Source: Thermodesulfobacteriota bacterium (GTDB taxonomy: Bacteria; Desulfobacterota; Desulfovibrionia; Desulfovibrionales; Desulfonatronovibrionaceae). Taken from it: DNA of 64,000 nucleotides. The translations under genes and the position numbers were made by a program. Numbering within the stretch: position 1 is the first letter of the stretch; each line of letters opens with the position of its first letter. Of the stretch, positions 8,938-19,468 are shown in pieces. The notes under the pieces were generated by a model. The model saw only the letters and a list, made by a program, of their open reading frames with translations, did not search any database and was not told the origin of the DNA. The stretch is taken from NCBI GenBank assembly GCA_051748085.1, contig JBNJHA010000003.1:8227-72226 (forward strand). Direction: 5' to 3'.

Positions 8938-9402
8938 TTAAATATCCCCGGTGTGGCCGAAACCGCCGCCGCCTCTTCGGGTGTCATCCAAATTGTCTGA
9001 TAAGATAAAATCGGCCTGATAGACCGGCAGAAAAACCATTTGGGCGACCCTCTGTCCTTGTACGATGGTTCTGCCTTCTTCGGATGTATTCAAAAGGGAG
9101 ACGATTATTTCTCCCCGGTAGTCAGGGTCTATTACGCCAACACCCTGACTGACCACAAGGCCTTTTTTGGTCCCCAGTCCGCTTCGGGAAAATATAAAAC
9201 CGGCGATTCCCGGAGAGTCAATTTGTATGGCTATCCCCGCGGGAAAAGGATAGCGTTTTTGCGGCGGAACAAATATTTTCTTCTCCGGCATGCAGGCCCG
9301 CAAATCCACTCCTGCTGAATGTTCAGTCGCATAATCAATGGCGTGTTCTCGGGAAAAAGCGGTCAGATATTTGATCTTTACTTTTATCTTGGGGATGGAC
9401 AT
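8938..9402 (-). CDS. dut: dUTP diphosphatase
   Basis: AGVDLRA, SRSGLG, IDPDYRGEI and the C-terminal RGGGGFGHTG motif are present. Confidence 0.9.
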   Translation of the reverse strand: MSIPKIKVKIKYLTAFSREHAIDYATEHSAGVDLRACMPEKKIFVPPQKRYPFPAGIAIQIDSPGIAGFIFSRSGLGTKKGLVVSQGVGVIDPDYRGEIIVSLLNTSEEGRTIVQGQRVAQMVFLPVYQADFILSDNLDDTRRGGGGFGHTGDI

Positions 9403-9924
9403 GCTTATATCCTTCTTAAGTCATTTACTGTTGGGACCTATTAAAAAAATAGGCGCATATAAAAGCAAAAAGAGGTGAAGAGGTCAATAAAATTCACAGG
9501 AAAATTCGAGGGACCATATTTTTTTGAAGAGGTCAATATTTGTAGTATTATTTTTTTGCATTGTCTTTTGTTTGGTATAGTTACGTGAAAAAGCTAAAAT
9601 TCAATTAATTCCAAATTATTAAATTTTGTGTTTGTTTGCCGATTTTTATGTTCGGGCAACAGCTTTTTTTGTCAATTAATGAGGTCAGGCAAATTTTTGT
9701 CTGAATCCGGAATGAATTGTATCTTGCTTTTTATGGGTATCATTGGCAATAATTTTTATATACTTGTTTGGCTCGGATTTTTTAAAGCGATTCCGGTTCA
9801 GATTAAAGTCGAGTTTAGACGCGAAGCAGGTTTGCAGTGAAAAGTATGCAAGTTGATCTTTTGCTTTGTAAAAACTAATTATAACTGACTAAATTTAATA
9901 TATTAAGCTCCAGTAAGGAGGAGT

Positions 9925-12498
9925 ATGATGCGACCGGTGCAAATTTACAGCGTTATTCCACGCCTGCCAGAGAATATGACCCCTTTATGGGATTTGGCTT
10001 ATAATTTCTGGTTTACCTGGAGACATGAAATCCAGGATCTTTTCAGCCAGATGGATATTTCCTTGTGGAAAAGAAGTCGAAGCAATCCGGTCTGGTTTCT
10101 GAATCATCTGGATCAGGATATTTTAGAAGAATTGAGCAAAGATGCCTTTTTTCTGGAAAGACTGAACACAATACATCAGCAGTTAAGCGATTACCAGGCC
10201 GAATCCGCTACACTGCTTGATGTTCAACTCGGGCAGAGAGAACCAGTCGTTGCCTATTTCAGCGCTGAATTTGGTATTTGTCTATGCCTGCCAATATATT
10301 CCGGCGGACTTGGAGTCCTGGCCGGAGACCATTTGAAGTCTTCGAGCGATATGAACATTCCTCTGGTCGGCATCGGATTGTGTTACCAACATGGTTATTT
10401 CAGACAATATATGACCAGTGATGGCTGGCAACAGGAACGTTATCCCATAAACGACTTTGAGCAAATGCCCCTGACTCTTGTTCGGGGCGCGGATAACAGT
10501 CCGGTAACCATTAATGTGCAATTGGAGGAGCGAATTGTTTATTCCCGAATCTGGAAAGCCAGAGTAGGGCGGGTGGATTTGTATCTACTGGATGCCAATG
10601 TAGAGGAAAATGATCCCCAGGACCGGGTGCTGACCAGCCAACTTTACGGCGGTGACCTGGAGATGCGTCTCAAGCAGGAAATATTGCTTGGGATCGGCGG
10701 CGTAAGGGCTTTACGGGCACTGAATCTGAGCCCGAAGGTCATACATATGAACGAGGGACATTCAGCTTTTGCCGGCCTGGAGAGGATCCGGACTTTTATG
10801 AGCGAGCAGGGTTTGTCCTTTGAGTCGGCACAGGAGATAACCGCTTCAAGTACTGTGTTTACAACGCATACTCCGGTTCCCGCCGGAAACGATCGTTTCC
10901 CGCCGGAATTGATGCAGCAGTTTTTCGAGGGTTATGCTCAGAAACTGGGTCTGGCTTTCAAAGTCCTTCTGGCCCTTGGCCGTGAGGACCCCCGAAGCGA
11001 CCGGGAGCATTTTTGCATGACGGTTCTTGCGCTTCGTTTGTCCCGGTTTAACAACGGAGTCAGTGTCTTGCACAGCAAAGTCTCGCAGCGGATGTGGAAA
11101 AAGGTCTGGCCGAGATATCCGGAGGATGACGTGCCCATTGGGGCGATTACAAACGGAGTGCATATTCCTACCTGGGTCGCGCCGGACATGTCCGATCTTT
11201 TTGATCGCTATCTGGGGGTGAACTGGCGGGAAGATCCGGATTGTAACCGGGTTTGGAAGCAGGCTGATTCAATACCCGACGCGGAATTATGGCGGACCCA
11301 CGAGCGGTTGCGGGAACGCCTGGTTGATTTTGTCCGCAGCCGTTTGAAGGACCAGGTGCTGGCCAGGAACGGCAGACGGTATGACATGCAGATGGCTGAA
11401 GAAGTTCTTGATCCCAGTGCGTTGACCATTGGTTTCGCCCGCAGGTTTGCAACCTATAAACGGGCAAATCTGATTTTGAAGGATACAAAAAGACTGATGG
11501 AATTCATCAAGGACAAGAAATATCCGGTTCAATTTATTTTTGCGGGTAAAGCCCATCCCAAGGACGTGGAAGGCAAAAAGATTATCCAGCAGATTATTCA
11601 GCTTTGCCAGACGGCTGAATGCCGCAATAGTTTAGTCTTTATTGAGGACTATGATCTTGAAGTGGCTCAGTACATGCTGGAAGGATGCGATGTATGGCTG
11701 AACACGCCGCGCAGGCCGATGGAAGCGTGCGGAACAAGCGGCATGAAGGCCGTGGCCAACGGAGTGCTGAATTTCAGCACGGTGGATGGTTGGTGGGCTG
11801 AAGTCTATGACTCAAAAGAAAATCTGGGATGGTCCATTGGCAGCGGAGAGGAATATGAGAATAATGATTATCAGGATTTCATAGAAAGCCAGGTAATTTA
11901 CAATACGTTGGCAAATGATCTGATTTCTCTTTTTTACGAACGCGGGCACGGGAATTTACCCCGGGCCTGGATTGCAATGATGAAAAGGGGCTTTATGCAT
12001 TTGGCCCCTGAATACAACGCGCACAGAATGGTCATTGATTATGTGACTAATGCCTATAAACCGGCGGTGGATAATTATGACAATCTTGTTCAGGACGATT
12101 TCCAGCCGGCAAAGGATCTGGCTGCCTGGCGCATGGAACTTATGACTAAATGGGGAGAAATAAAAATTCGCAATGTTAGAGCCGGCCAGGACGGTGAAAT
12201 ATTTTCCGATCAAGAGATCGAGGTAACCGCAGAAGTTTATCTCAACGGCCTCACGGCAGAAGATGTCAGTGTTGAAATCTATGCCGGGGAAGTTGATTTT
12301 GAAGGTGATTTTTCAAATCGTAAAACAATAAGCATGGACGTGACCGGAAGCACACCGGATGACTGGACTGTTTATACCGGAAAGGTCTCGCCCGAGTTAA
12401 CCGGGCGTTTTGGCTATACGGTGCGCGCGCTTCCTCATCATCCGCTTCTGCAGGATCCGCATTGCCTGGGGCTTATCTGTTGGGCTTCGGAGCACTAG
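9925..12498 (+). CDS. glgP: alpha-glucan (glycogen/maltodextrin) phosphorylase, GT35
   Basis: 857 aa. It contains [14 protein letters not shown] and the PLP-lysine region [10 protein letters not shown]. Confidence 0.9.
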   Translation: MMRPVQIYSVIPRLPENMTPLWDLAYNFWFTWRHEIQDLFSQMDISLWKRSRSNPVWFLNHLDQDILEELSKDAFFLERLNTIHQQLSDYQAESATLLDVQLGQREPVVAYFSAEFGICLCLPIYSGGLGVLAGDHLKSSSDMNIPLVGIGLCYQHGYFRQYMTSDGWQQERYPINDFEQMPLTLVRGADNSPVTINVQLEERIVYSRIWKARVGRVDLYLLDANVEENDPQDRVLTSQLYGGDLEMRLKQEILLGIGGVRALRALNLSPKVIHMNEGHSAFAGLERIRTFMSEQGLSFESAQEITASSTVFTTHTPVPAGNDRFPPELMQQFFEGYAQKLGLAFKVLLALGREDPRSDREHFCMTVLALRLSRFNNGVSVLHSKVSQRMWKKVWPRYPEDDVPIGAITNGVHIPTWVAPDMSDLFDRYLGVNWREDPDCNRVWKQADSIPDAELWRTHERLRERLVDFVRSRLKDQVLARNGRRYDMQMAEEVLDPSALTIGFARRFATYKRANLILKDTKRLMEFIKDKKYPVQFIFAGKAHPKDVEGKKIIQQIIQLCQTAECRNSLVFIEDYDLEVAQYMLEGCDVWLNTPRRPMEACGTSGMKAVANGVLNFSTVDGWWAEVYDSKENLGWSIGSGEEYENNDYQDFIESQVIYNTLANDLISLFYERGHGNLPRAWIAMMKRGFMHLAPEYNAHRMVIDYVTNAYKPAVDNYDNLVQDDFQPAKDLAAWRMELMTKWGEIKIRNVRAGQDGEIFSDQEIEVTAEVYLNGLTAEDVSVEIYAGEVDFEGDFSNRKTISMDVTGSTPDDWTVYTGKVSPELTGRFGYTVRALPHHPLLQDPHCLGLICWASEH

Positions 12499-12505
12499 GA
12501 AATCG

Positions 12506-13249
12506 ATGGGCAAGAAACGAGCCGATTCTCTGGTTTATTCCAAAGGCTTAAGTAATTCGCGGGAAAAAGCCAAAAGACAGATCATGGCCGGTCAGGTATA
12601 TGTGTGCAGGGACGGGGAGAAGCTGCTGGTAGCCAAGCCCGGCCAAATGCTGGACCCGGATGTTGATTTTTATATAAAGCAGCCGCAGCGTTTTGTCAGT
12701 CGTGGGGGATACAAGCTCGAGACAGCGATTAAATCTTTTGATATTGATTTCACCGCCAGTATTGTTTTGGATGTTGGTGCCTCCACGGGCGGATTTACGG
12801 ATTGCGCCCTGCAGTACGGAGCGGATAAGATTTATGCCCTGGATGTCGGATATGGCCAGCTGGACTACAGACTACGTTCAGATTCAAGGGTGATTAATCT
12901 TGAGCGGATCAATATTCGGCACGCGCCCCCTGAAATTATCCCGGAAAAAGTTGATTTCCTGGTTATGGACTGTTCGTTTATTTCGCTACGCATGGCCTTG
13001 CCGCCAGCTTTGAAATTCTTGAAAAGCGATGGACGAATTGTGGTTCTGGTAAAGCCGCAATTTGAAGTCTCGCGCGGAAACGCCCCCAAGGGGGTAGTAC
13101 GATGTCTGGAAACAAGAGAAGCCGCAGTGGACAATGTTGTCCAATTCATTGGCGGGGAGCTGGCTCTTGCGGTTAAGGGCCGAGTCGCCTCCAGCATACT
13201 CGGCCCGAAAGGCAATCAGGAATACTTGCTATATTGCGCCTATGAATAG
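12506..13249 (+). CDS. tlyA: TlyA-family rRNA 2'-O-methyltransferase
   Basis: I moved the start to MGKKRADSLV. It has an S4-like N-terminus and the SAM motif VLDVGASTGGFTDC. Confidence 0.85.
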   Translation: MGKKRADSLVYSKGLSNSREKAKRQIMAGQVYVCRDGEKLLVAKPGQMLDPDVDFYIKQPQRFVSRGGYKLETAIKSFDIDFTASIVLDVGASTGGFTDCALQYGADKIYALDVGYGQLDYRLRSDSRVINLERINIRHAPPEIIPEKVDFLVMDCSFISLRMALPPALKFLKSDGRIVVLVKPQFEVSRGNAPKGVVRCLETREAAVDNVVQFIGGELALAVKGRVASSILGPKGNQEYLLYCAYE

Positions 13250-13850
13250 AAAAGACGCCCTTGCGGCTTTCACAACGGAACGACGTAAACAGAAGATACG
13301 CACAGTCCTTGAAAACAGGCAGAAAGATTTGACATTGGTGATGAATAATATTCATGATCCGCATAATGTCTCAGCCATGCTTCGCAGTTGTGATGCTTTC
13401 GGAATACAAAATGTGCATCTGCTGTACACGAATGAATCATTTCCTTTTCTGGGAAAAAAATCTTCCGCTTCATCCAAAAAATGGGTGGACGTATTCAGGC
13501 ATACAAATGCATCCAAAATGGCAGCAGAATTAAAATCCTGCGGCATGCGGGTCTTGTACGCCGGTTTGGGTCAAAAGTCATTGAGTCTCACCCAGGTTGA
13601 CTTTTGCCTTCCGACCGCCGTTGTTCTGGGCAATGAGCATCGAGGCGTGGATGATGAACTGAAGCGGGTAAGCGATGGAGAATTGCATATCCCCATGCAG
13701 GGAATGGTGCAAAGTTTCAATGTTTCCGTGGCCGCGGCGATAATTTTATATGAAGCTTGGCGGCAGCGCAGCGCATCGGGCCTGTATGAAAGCCATTCAT
13801 TTTCAAGAACGGAACTGGAAAATTATTATGAAAGGTGGATAAGGAAATAA
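13242..13850 (+). CDS. SpoU/TrmH-family RNA 2'-O-methyltransferase
   Basis: I moved the start to MNRKDALAAF, which overlaps the tlyA stop by 8 nt. HDPHNVSAMLRSCDAFG and LGNEHRGV..IPMQGMVQSFNVSVAAAI are present. Confidence 0.85.
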   Translation: MNRKDALAAFTTERRKQKIRTVLENRQKDLTLVMNNIHDPHNVSAMLRSCDAFGIQNVHLLYTNESFPFLGKKSSASSKKWVDVFRHTNASKMAAELKSCGMRVLYAGLGQKSLSLTQVDFCLPTAVVLGNEHRGVDDELKRVSDGELHIPMQGMVQSFNVSVAAAIILYEAWRQRSASGLYESHSFSRTELENYYERWIRK

Positions 13851-13866
13851 GAAGGGAGATTGACCA

Positions 13867-14412
13867 ATGCCTGGTATGGAAAAGAATATATATTTTATTG
13901 GTCCTCGCGCCAGCGGGAAGACTAGCGTCGGACAGGAATTGGCCGCCCGTATCGGCTGGGATTTTCTGGATCTGGACGAGGAGATAGTTTCCCGGGCTGG
14001 CCAAAGTATCGCCGGCATCGTCGAAAAAAATGGCTGGGAATATTTCCGCCGTCTGGAAGCCGAAGCCCTTAAACGCGCCTGCACCCGTTCGCGGCACGTT
14101 GTGTCCGCCGGGGGCGGAGTCGTGGAAAAGGCTGAAAATCGAAATATTTTGCAGGAAAACGGAAAAGTGTTTTTATTGACCAGCGAGGTCAAGGTTTTGC
14201 TCAACAGATTGCAGGCTGACAACGATGAGCAAATGCGGCCGCGCTTAACGGACAAAGGGGTTGAGGATGAACTTGAAGAAATAATGCAGGCAAGATTGCC
14301 CCTTTATCTTGAATGCGCCGAATATATACTTGACGCGGATAGGACAGTCGAGAGCCTGGTTGAGGAAATCGAAATAATTCTTGAACTGGACGAGGAAGAA
14401 ACTGACGATTGA
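13867..14412 (+). CDS. aroK: shikimate kinase with an acidic C-terminal tail
   Basis: The Walker A motif is GPRASGKTS. DLDEEI and SAGGGVV are also present. Confidence 0.9.
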   Translation: MPGMEKNIYFIGPRASGKTSVGQELAARIGWDFLDLDEEIVSRAGQSIAGIVEKNGWEYFRRLEAEALKRACTRSRHVVSAGGGVVEKAENRNILQENGKVFLLTSEVKVLLNRLQADNDEQMRPRLTDKGVEDELEEIMQARLPLYLECAEYILDADRTVESLVEEIEIILELDEEETDD

Positions 14413-14483
14413 AGGTTCCGGGACAGAGAAAAAAAAGAAGGTTTGACATTTTATGGCGTTATTAAGAGTGCTTAGGAGAAATC

Positions 14484-15587
14484 ATGGGCGGTGATTGTTT
14501 CGGACGCTTGTTCACATTGACCACATTCGGTGAATCGCACGGTTCGGGTCTGGGCGGTATTGTACAGGGTTGTCCGGCCGGATTGGGCGTAAGCGAAGAG
14601 GCCATCCAGGAAGAGCTGGACAAACGGCGTCCCGGACAGGGCGGGGCAAGCACGATGAGAAAGGAAAAGGACAGGATAAATATCCTTTCCGGAGTGTTTG
14701 AAGGCCGGACAACCGGGACTGCAATCGGATTTTATATCCAAAATGAAGACAAAAAAAGTCAGGATTATTCAAAAATAAAGGATATATACCGCCCCGGGCA
14801 CGGAGATTTCACCTATCAGGCTAAGTATGGTCTGCGCGATTACCGTGGAGGCGGACGCTCTTCAGGCCGGGAAACCGTGTCTAGAGTGGCCGGGGGGGCG
14901 ATTGCCGGAATTTTGCTTCGGTCCATGGGCATTGAGGCGGCTGCCTTTACTCTGGAAATGGGCGGGATTGCGGCTAAAGAAATCGAGGTGAACGGAATAG
15001 CAGAACGTCCCTATTTCGCGGCGTGCGATGCCGTGGTATCCGCATGGGATGAACGTATCCGGGAGGTCAAAAAGCAGGGTGATTCCATAGGAGGGGTGGT
15101 TGAGGTCCGCGTTTCCGGGGTTCCGGCCGGGCTGGGCGAACCGGTTATGGACAAGCTTGATGCCCGTCTTGCCTACGCGCTTATGGGCATAGGCGCGGTT
15201 AAAGGCGTTGAAATAGGTTCCGGTTTTGCTTCCGCCCGCAGCCTTGGAAGTCAGAACAATGATGAAATTGCTGCGGAAGGTTTTTCAAGCAATAATGCCG
15301 GAGGGATTCTAGCCGGAATCTCAAGCGGACAGGAAATAGTGGTTCGCGCCGCCGTCAAACCCATTCCGTCCATTTCCAGGGAACAGACAACCATTGATGC
15401 ACAAGGCGGTGTCAGGAAAATCAATATAGTGGGACGTCACGATATATGCGCGATACCGCGAATAGTCCCGGTAATAAAGGCCATGGTCCTTTTGACGCTT
15501 GCCGACATGAGTCTGTTGCACGATTCGCGCAAGAATTTCCGGTCCTGTGACGAAGGGAATGGATTTTCCAGTGCTTCATTCTCCTGA
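14484..15587 (+). CDS. aroC: chorismate synthase
   Basis: FTLTTFGESHG, GGGRSSGRET and GRHDICAIPR are present. Confidence 0.95.
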   Translation: MGGDCFGRLFTLTTFGESHGSGLGGIVQGCPAGLGVSEEAIQEELDKRRPGQGGASTMRKEKDRINILSGVFEGRTTGTAIGFYIQNEDKKSQDYSKIKDIYRPGHGDFTYQAKYGLRDYRGGGRSSGRETVSRVAGGAIAGILLRSMGIEAAAFTLEMGGIAAKEIEVNGIAERPYFAACDAVVSAWDERIREVKKQGDSIGGVVEVRVSGVPAGLGEPVMDKLDARLAYALMGIGAVKGVEIGSGFASARSLGSQNNDEIAAEGFSSNNAGGILAGISSGQEIVVRAAVKPIPSISREQTTIDAQGGVRKINIVGRHDICAIPRIVPVIKAMVLLTLADMSLLHDSRKNFRSCDEGNGFSSASFS

Positions 15588-15632
15588 TTTTTATGAAAGG
15601 AATCGGTTCTGCTTCAATGCGCCGCGAATTGT

Positions 15633-16994
15633 TCAGCGTCTGGCCAGTCCGAATTTGCGCAGCTTGTATTGCAGGCTGCGTCTGCTTATTCCCAGATACG
15701 CAGCGGTTTTTTCCCGGTGATAGCCGTTTTTTTCCAGGGCCTGAATCAAAGCCTCCCTCTCGGCCTTTTCCAGACTGTCCGTCTGCTCGAGTGCGTTTTG
15801 TCCCCGCTGTATTTTTGCGGGCAGGTCTCCCTGCTGCAGAACGTCTCCGTCAGTTAATATCAGAGCTCTTTCCAAGACATTCTCCAGTTCGCGAACATTA
15901 CCCGGCCAGGAATAATCCTGTATGCAATTAAGAAATTGAGGAGAGATTCGGGGCGGCCTTTTTTTGTTTTTACGGCTCAGTCTTTTCAGCAACCAGGCTG
16001 CCAGGGAAGCTATGTCTTCTTTTCTTTTCCTTAACGGAGGCAGCTTGATTTCGATTACATTCAAGCGAAAGAAAAGGTCTTCCCGGAATTCTCCAGCGGA
16101 AATCAATTTCTCCAGCTCGCGGTTCGTCGCGGCCAAAATGCGTACATCGACCTTTACCGGTTGAATGCCTCCAAGAGGTTCAACCTCGCGTTCCTGGAGC
16201 GTGCGCAAGAGCTTGCCCTGTAAAGGGAGCGGCAATTCTCCAATTTCGTCCAGAAATAAAGTTCCTTTTTCGGCCAGTTCGAACCGTCCCGGCTTATTTT
16301 TCGTTGCTCCGGAAAAAGCGCCCTGGGTGTACCCGAATAATTCGCTTTCAAGCAGATTTTCCGGAATCGCCGCGCAGTTGACTTTGACAAGCGGTCCCCG
16401 GGATCGCGGGCTTTGTTCATGCAGGGCCCGGGCTACAAGCTCTTTGCCTGTGCCAGACTCTCCCTGTATCAAGACGGTCGCCTCGCTTGGACCGACCCGG
16501 TCAATCAGGTTGAATACTTCCTGCATGGCCGGGCTCTCGCCAATCATTTTTTGCGGGTTTTCAGCAGATTTTTCCGAGTTTGTATTGTTGTACGAGTTGG
16601 TTAAGTAAGAACCATATTCGGCGGCCCTGTTCAGCAAGGCAATGAGTTCCTGATTGTCAGCCGGCTTTGTCAGGTAATCAAAAGCCCCCATTTTCATGGC
16701 TTCCACAGCCGAATCAATTGATCCGTAAGCGGTGAGCATTATTACCGGCGGCCCTATTGTTTCTTCTTGCAATCTGGATAGAAACGAGATTCCGTCCAGA
16801 TGCGGCATACGGATGTCGGCCAGAACAACGTGCACTGGATGTTGTTTCAAAATTTGCAGGCCCTGCAGGCCGTTTTCGGCTTCCAATACCGTCCAGCCCT
16901 GATCCTGCATTACAGCTTTGATCATGAGGCGCAAAGGTTTCTCGTCATCCACGACAAGCAGAGTTTTGGCTGATTTTGGTCCGTTCATGCTCAT
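15633..16994 (-). CDS. sigma-54-dependent response regulator (NtrC family)
   Basis: It has a receiver domain (LADIRMP), an AAA+ domain with GESGTGKE and the GAFSGA loop, and a Fis-type C-terminal HTH. Confidence 0.95.
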   Translation of the reverse strand: MSMNGPKSAKTLLVVDDEKPLRLMIKAVMQDQGWTVLEAENGLQGLQILKQHPVHVVLADIRMPHLDGISFLSRLQEETIGPPVIMLTAYGSIDSAVEAMKMGAFDYLTKPADNQELIALLNRAAEYGSYLTNSYNNTNSEKSAENPQKMIGESPAMQEVFNLIDRVGPSEATVLIQGESGTGKELVARALHEQSPRSRGPLVKVNCAAIPENLLESELFGYTQGAFSGATKNKPGRFELAEKGTLFLDEIGELPLPLQGKLLRTLQEREVEPLGGIQPVKVDVRILAATNRELEKLISAGEFREDLFFRLNVIEIKLPPLRKRKEDIASLAAWLLKRLSRKNKKRPPRISPQFLNCIQDYSWPGNVRELENVLERALILTDGDVLQQGDLPAKIQRGQNALEQTDSLEKAEREALIQALEKNGYHREKTAAYLGISRRSLQYKLRKFGLARR

Positions 16995-17036
16995 GAAATG
17001 TTATACAAGGATCCTTGAGTTGCAAGTGTTAAATGA

Positions 17037-17061
17037 TTTTTTTATTCCAGTGAATAGTTAC
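17037..17061 (+). repeat. REP-like palindrome family, T-run plus right arm
   Basis: TTTTTTTATTCCAGTGAATAGTTAC abuts the stop codon of the kinase gene. It lies 56 nt upstream of the response-regulator start. Confidence 0.6.
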
Positions 17062-18756
17062 TTAAATTTTATTGTTTTCCGGAAATATGATTTCTATTCT
17101 GGTCCCCGCGTCTTCTTGCGAGTGAATCGTCAGTGTGCCGCCGTGCTGAGTGACCAGTCGATGCACCAAGGCCAGGCCGAGCCCGGTGCCGTGATCCTTT
17201 TGGGTATAAAACGGTTCCAGGGCGTTATCGCGTGTCTTTTCGTCCATACCACAGCCATTATCACTTATTTCCAATTTTGTTCCCAGGCTGTGCCGGGCAG
17301 AGGATATGTTTATTACTCCGTTTTTGTCCATTGCTTCCAGACTGTTTAAGACAAGATTTATTATCATGCGGATTAATGCGTCCCGATCAGCCAGCATCTT
17401 TTTCTGTTCCAGGCGATATTGGATATGGGCTGATTTGGCTTCGATATCCAGCCGGAGCAATTTCTCTATTTCTGTGAATAATTCCGGTAAATCAACTTGT
17501 TCCGGGTTCAGCTTGCCCGGTCCGGCCATATACAGGAGATCGGTCAGTACGCGATTCAAGCGATCAGCTTCTTTGACCATGGTCCTTGCGTACTCTCGGG
17601 CCGGATCATTTTCCTTAAACCTGGAAACAAAAAACTGGGAGAAACCGCGTAACGTAGAAAGGGGGTTGCGGATTTCATGAGCCAGGCCCGCCGCCATTTG
17701 TCCTATGGTGGCAAATTTACGGGCTTGTTCCAGCCTGCGTTCCAGGCTGTTCAGTTCCGAGCGGTCGCATATAAGCAAAAGCGAACTTTTTTCCTGGTCC
17801 GCCACGGAAACAGACAATATTTCCAATTCCTTTTCTTGTGTTTTTATTCGGGTCCATTTATCCGGGAGAGCTTTTATCCGGTTATTGTTTTCATCCAGCA
17901 AATCAAGATTTTTCCAGCCCAGTCCGAGAATTTTTGCGGCGGGAGCCCCCAAAAGATTGGTTCCGGCCGGATTGGCGCTGGTTATCCGGCCGGATTGATC
18001 GATGGTCAACAGACCGTCAGGCAGATTGTCCAAAAGCCGGGAGTTGAATTTTTCCAATGAATCAGCCTTTTGAAGCTTTTCTCTGCGCTGCATGTACGTA
18101 CCCGTTCCTAACAGCAGAAAGACCGCGACCGCCAGGACAAAGCCGGTTTGCAGGAAAGCATTGGTTCTGAACTGATCAAATTGTTGAATATGCCCGGTCA
18201 TATCCAGTCCGACAATCAGAAGAGGGGGCTTGGATATATTTTCATTGCTTTCAATGGAATGGCGTTGCATGAATTTCGAATTCAGTCTTGTGGCATAGAT
18301 GAATACCGGACTGTCCTGTAGAGTGATCCGTGAGTGCCAGGAGTCCTTTTGCTCGAGTATGGCAAGAGCATTTTCCGGAAGCTTGAACGTCGCATGTTCA
18401 AAGGGGGAAACCAGTATTTCACCGCGCGGTCCGGAAATTTGGACAAAGGCCAGGCCGTCCGTGGATATCAGATCCTTTAGCGCCAGTCTTAAACGATGCA
18501 CGGGAGGATGGTGTTCAGGGGACGAACGATGCCGTTGGATTTTGGAATGGTTTATCTGATGCAGGCCGCGGCCCATCGCGGCCTCAATTCCCCTGGCAAT
18601 AGCAGCCGCTGATAAAAGAAGATGTTTTCTGATCGCCTTCCTTTCCTGTTTCAGACTTTGCCAAGTTAGAACACTCGTGCCGAGCCCCATGATTATCAGT
18701 GCGGCCACCGAAATTAAGATGTAGCGTTTTTGATTTCTAGCAGTCAGCAATTCCAT
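17062..18756 (-). CDS. sensor histidine kinase (TM, PAS, HisKA, HATPase)
   Basis: The H-box is AGLAHEIRNPLS. The N and G boxes are NSLEAM, DNGCGM and GTGLGLALV. Confidence 0.9.
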   Translation of the reverse strand: MELLTARNQKRYILISVAALIIMGLGTSVLTWQSLKQERKAIRKHLLLSAAAIARGIEAAMGRGLHQINHSKIQRHRSSPEHHPPVHRLRLALKDLISTDGLAFVQISGPRGEILVSPFEHATFKLPENALAILEQKDSWHSRITLQDSPVFIYATRLNSKFMQRHSIESNENISKPPLLIVGLDMTGHIQQFDQFRTNAFLQTGFVLAVAVFLLLGTGTYMQRREKLQKADSLEKFNSRLLDNLPDGLLTIDQSGRITSANPAGTNLLGAPAAKILGLGWKNLDLLDENNNRIKALPDKWTRIKTQEKELEILSVSVADQEKSSLLLICDRSELNSLERRLEQARKFATIGQMAAGLAHEIRNPLSTLRGFSQFFVSRFKENDPAREYARTMVKEADRLNRVLTDLLYMAGPGKLNPEQVDLPELFTEIEKLLRLDIEAKSAHIQYRLEQKKMLADRDALIRMIINLVLNSLEAMDKNGVINISSARHSLGTKLEISDNGCGMDEKTRDNALEPFYTQKDHGTGLGLALVHRLVTQHGGTLTIHSQEDAGTRIEIIFPENNKI

Positions 18757-18820
18757 TATTTTTTCATGCGGTGAATTGTTACGTGAGATTCAAGTGGTGC
18801 GTGGCGATTTATATGTCGCA

Positions 18821-18859
18821 GTATCTGTTTTCCAACTTTTTAATGTAGTGAATAGTTAC
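18821..18859 (+). repeat. REP-like imperfect palindrome, full copy
   Basis: The sequence is GTATCTGTTT-N17-GTGAATAGTTAC. It is 65-103 nt upstream of the kinase start codon on the opposite strand. Confidence 0.65.
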
Positions 18860-18943
18860 ATATCATATTTAATATTTTGCCGTTCGCGGGGTCGAATGAA
18901 ATGTTTTCCGGTCGAGAGGCTTAACGCCGGGGATTACAACAAA

Positions 18944-19426
18944 TTAATTGGGATCGGTCAGGCTGAATTCAACGGCCAGGGAGCCGTCTTCGGATTCGAA
19001 AGGAATGCCGAGAATCGGGGCGAAAGGAATGTGATCCAGTTCAGAGTCTTTTCCGGTAATGACTGTGGGGGTGGAGGCCTGAAAGCTGAAACCCTGTTCC
19101 GAGAGGCTGCTTCTGGCCTGACCGGTTATCATATTGGTCAGTTCGCCCACAGCGTCTTTTATTTCATCATTTATTTCCGTATAGTTCTCAAAAAGCATGT
19201 TGTTGACTATTTTCAGTATGGCCCCTTTGCTTAGACTGAAGTCAATCACCCCATTGGCATAGCCATCAACTTTAATTATTCCGGTAACATCTTCCAGGGC
19301 CGTCCTGTTTTTGTTCAGGTATGGCTTACCCGGCTGAACATCGAAACCGGCCATGGTCGACAAAACATTCACAACCGCGTCAAGAAGTGGATTTATAAAA
19401 TTAACATTATAAAGTGATGAAGTCAT
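18944..19426 (-). CDS. cheX: CheX-like chemotaxis phosphatase
   Basis: 160 aa. The N-terminus INPLLDAVVNVLSTMAG and the overall size and pattern fit the CheX/CheC-like fold family. This call is from recollection. Confidence 0.7.
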   Translation of the reverse strand: MTSSLYNVNFINPLLDAVVNVLSTMAGFDVQPGKPYLNKNRTALEDVTGIIKVDGYANGVIDFSLSKGAILKIVNNMLFENYTEINDEIKDAVGELTNMITGQARSSLSEQGFSFQASTPTVITGKDSELDHIPFAPILGIPFESEDGSLAVEFSLTDPN

Positions 19427-19468
19427 GCTTTTTTATGCTGAAATTGACCAAAAAAAATAATTTTTTAA

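Noticed and set aside
9628-9840. 70-aa ORF in the dut-glgP intergenic region
   Set aside because: It has an AT-rich, Phe/Leu/Ile-biased composition typical of a random frame in AT-rich DNA, and it has no SD.
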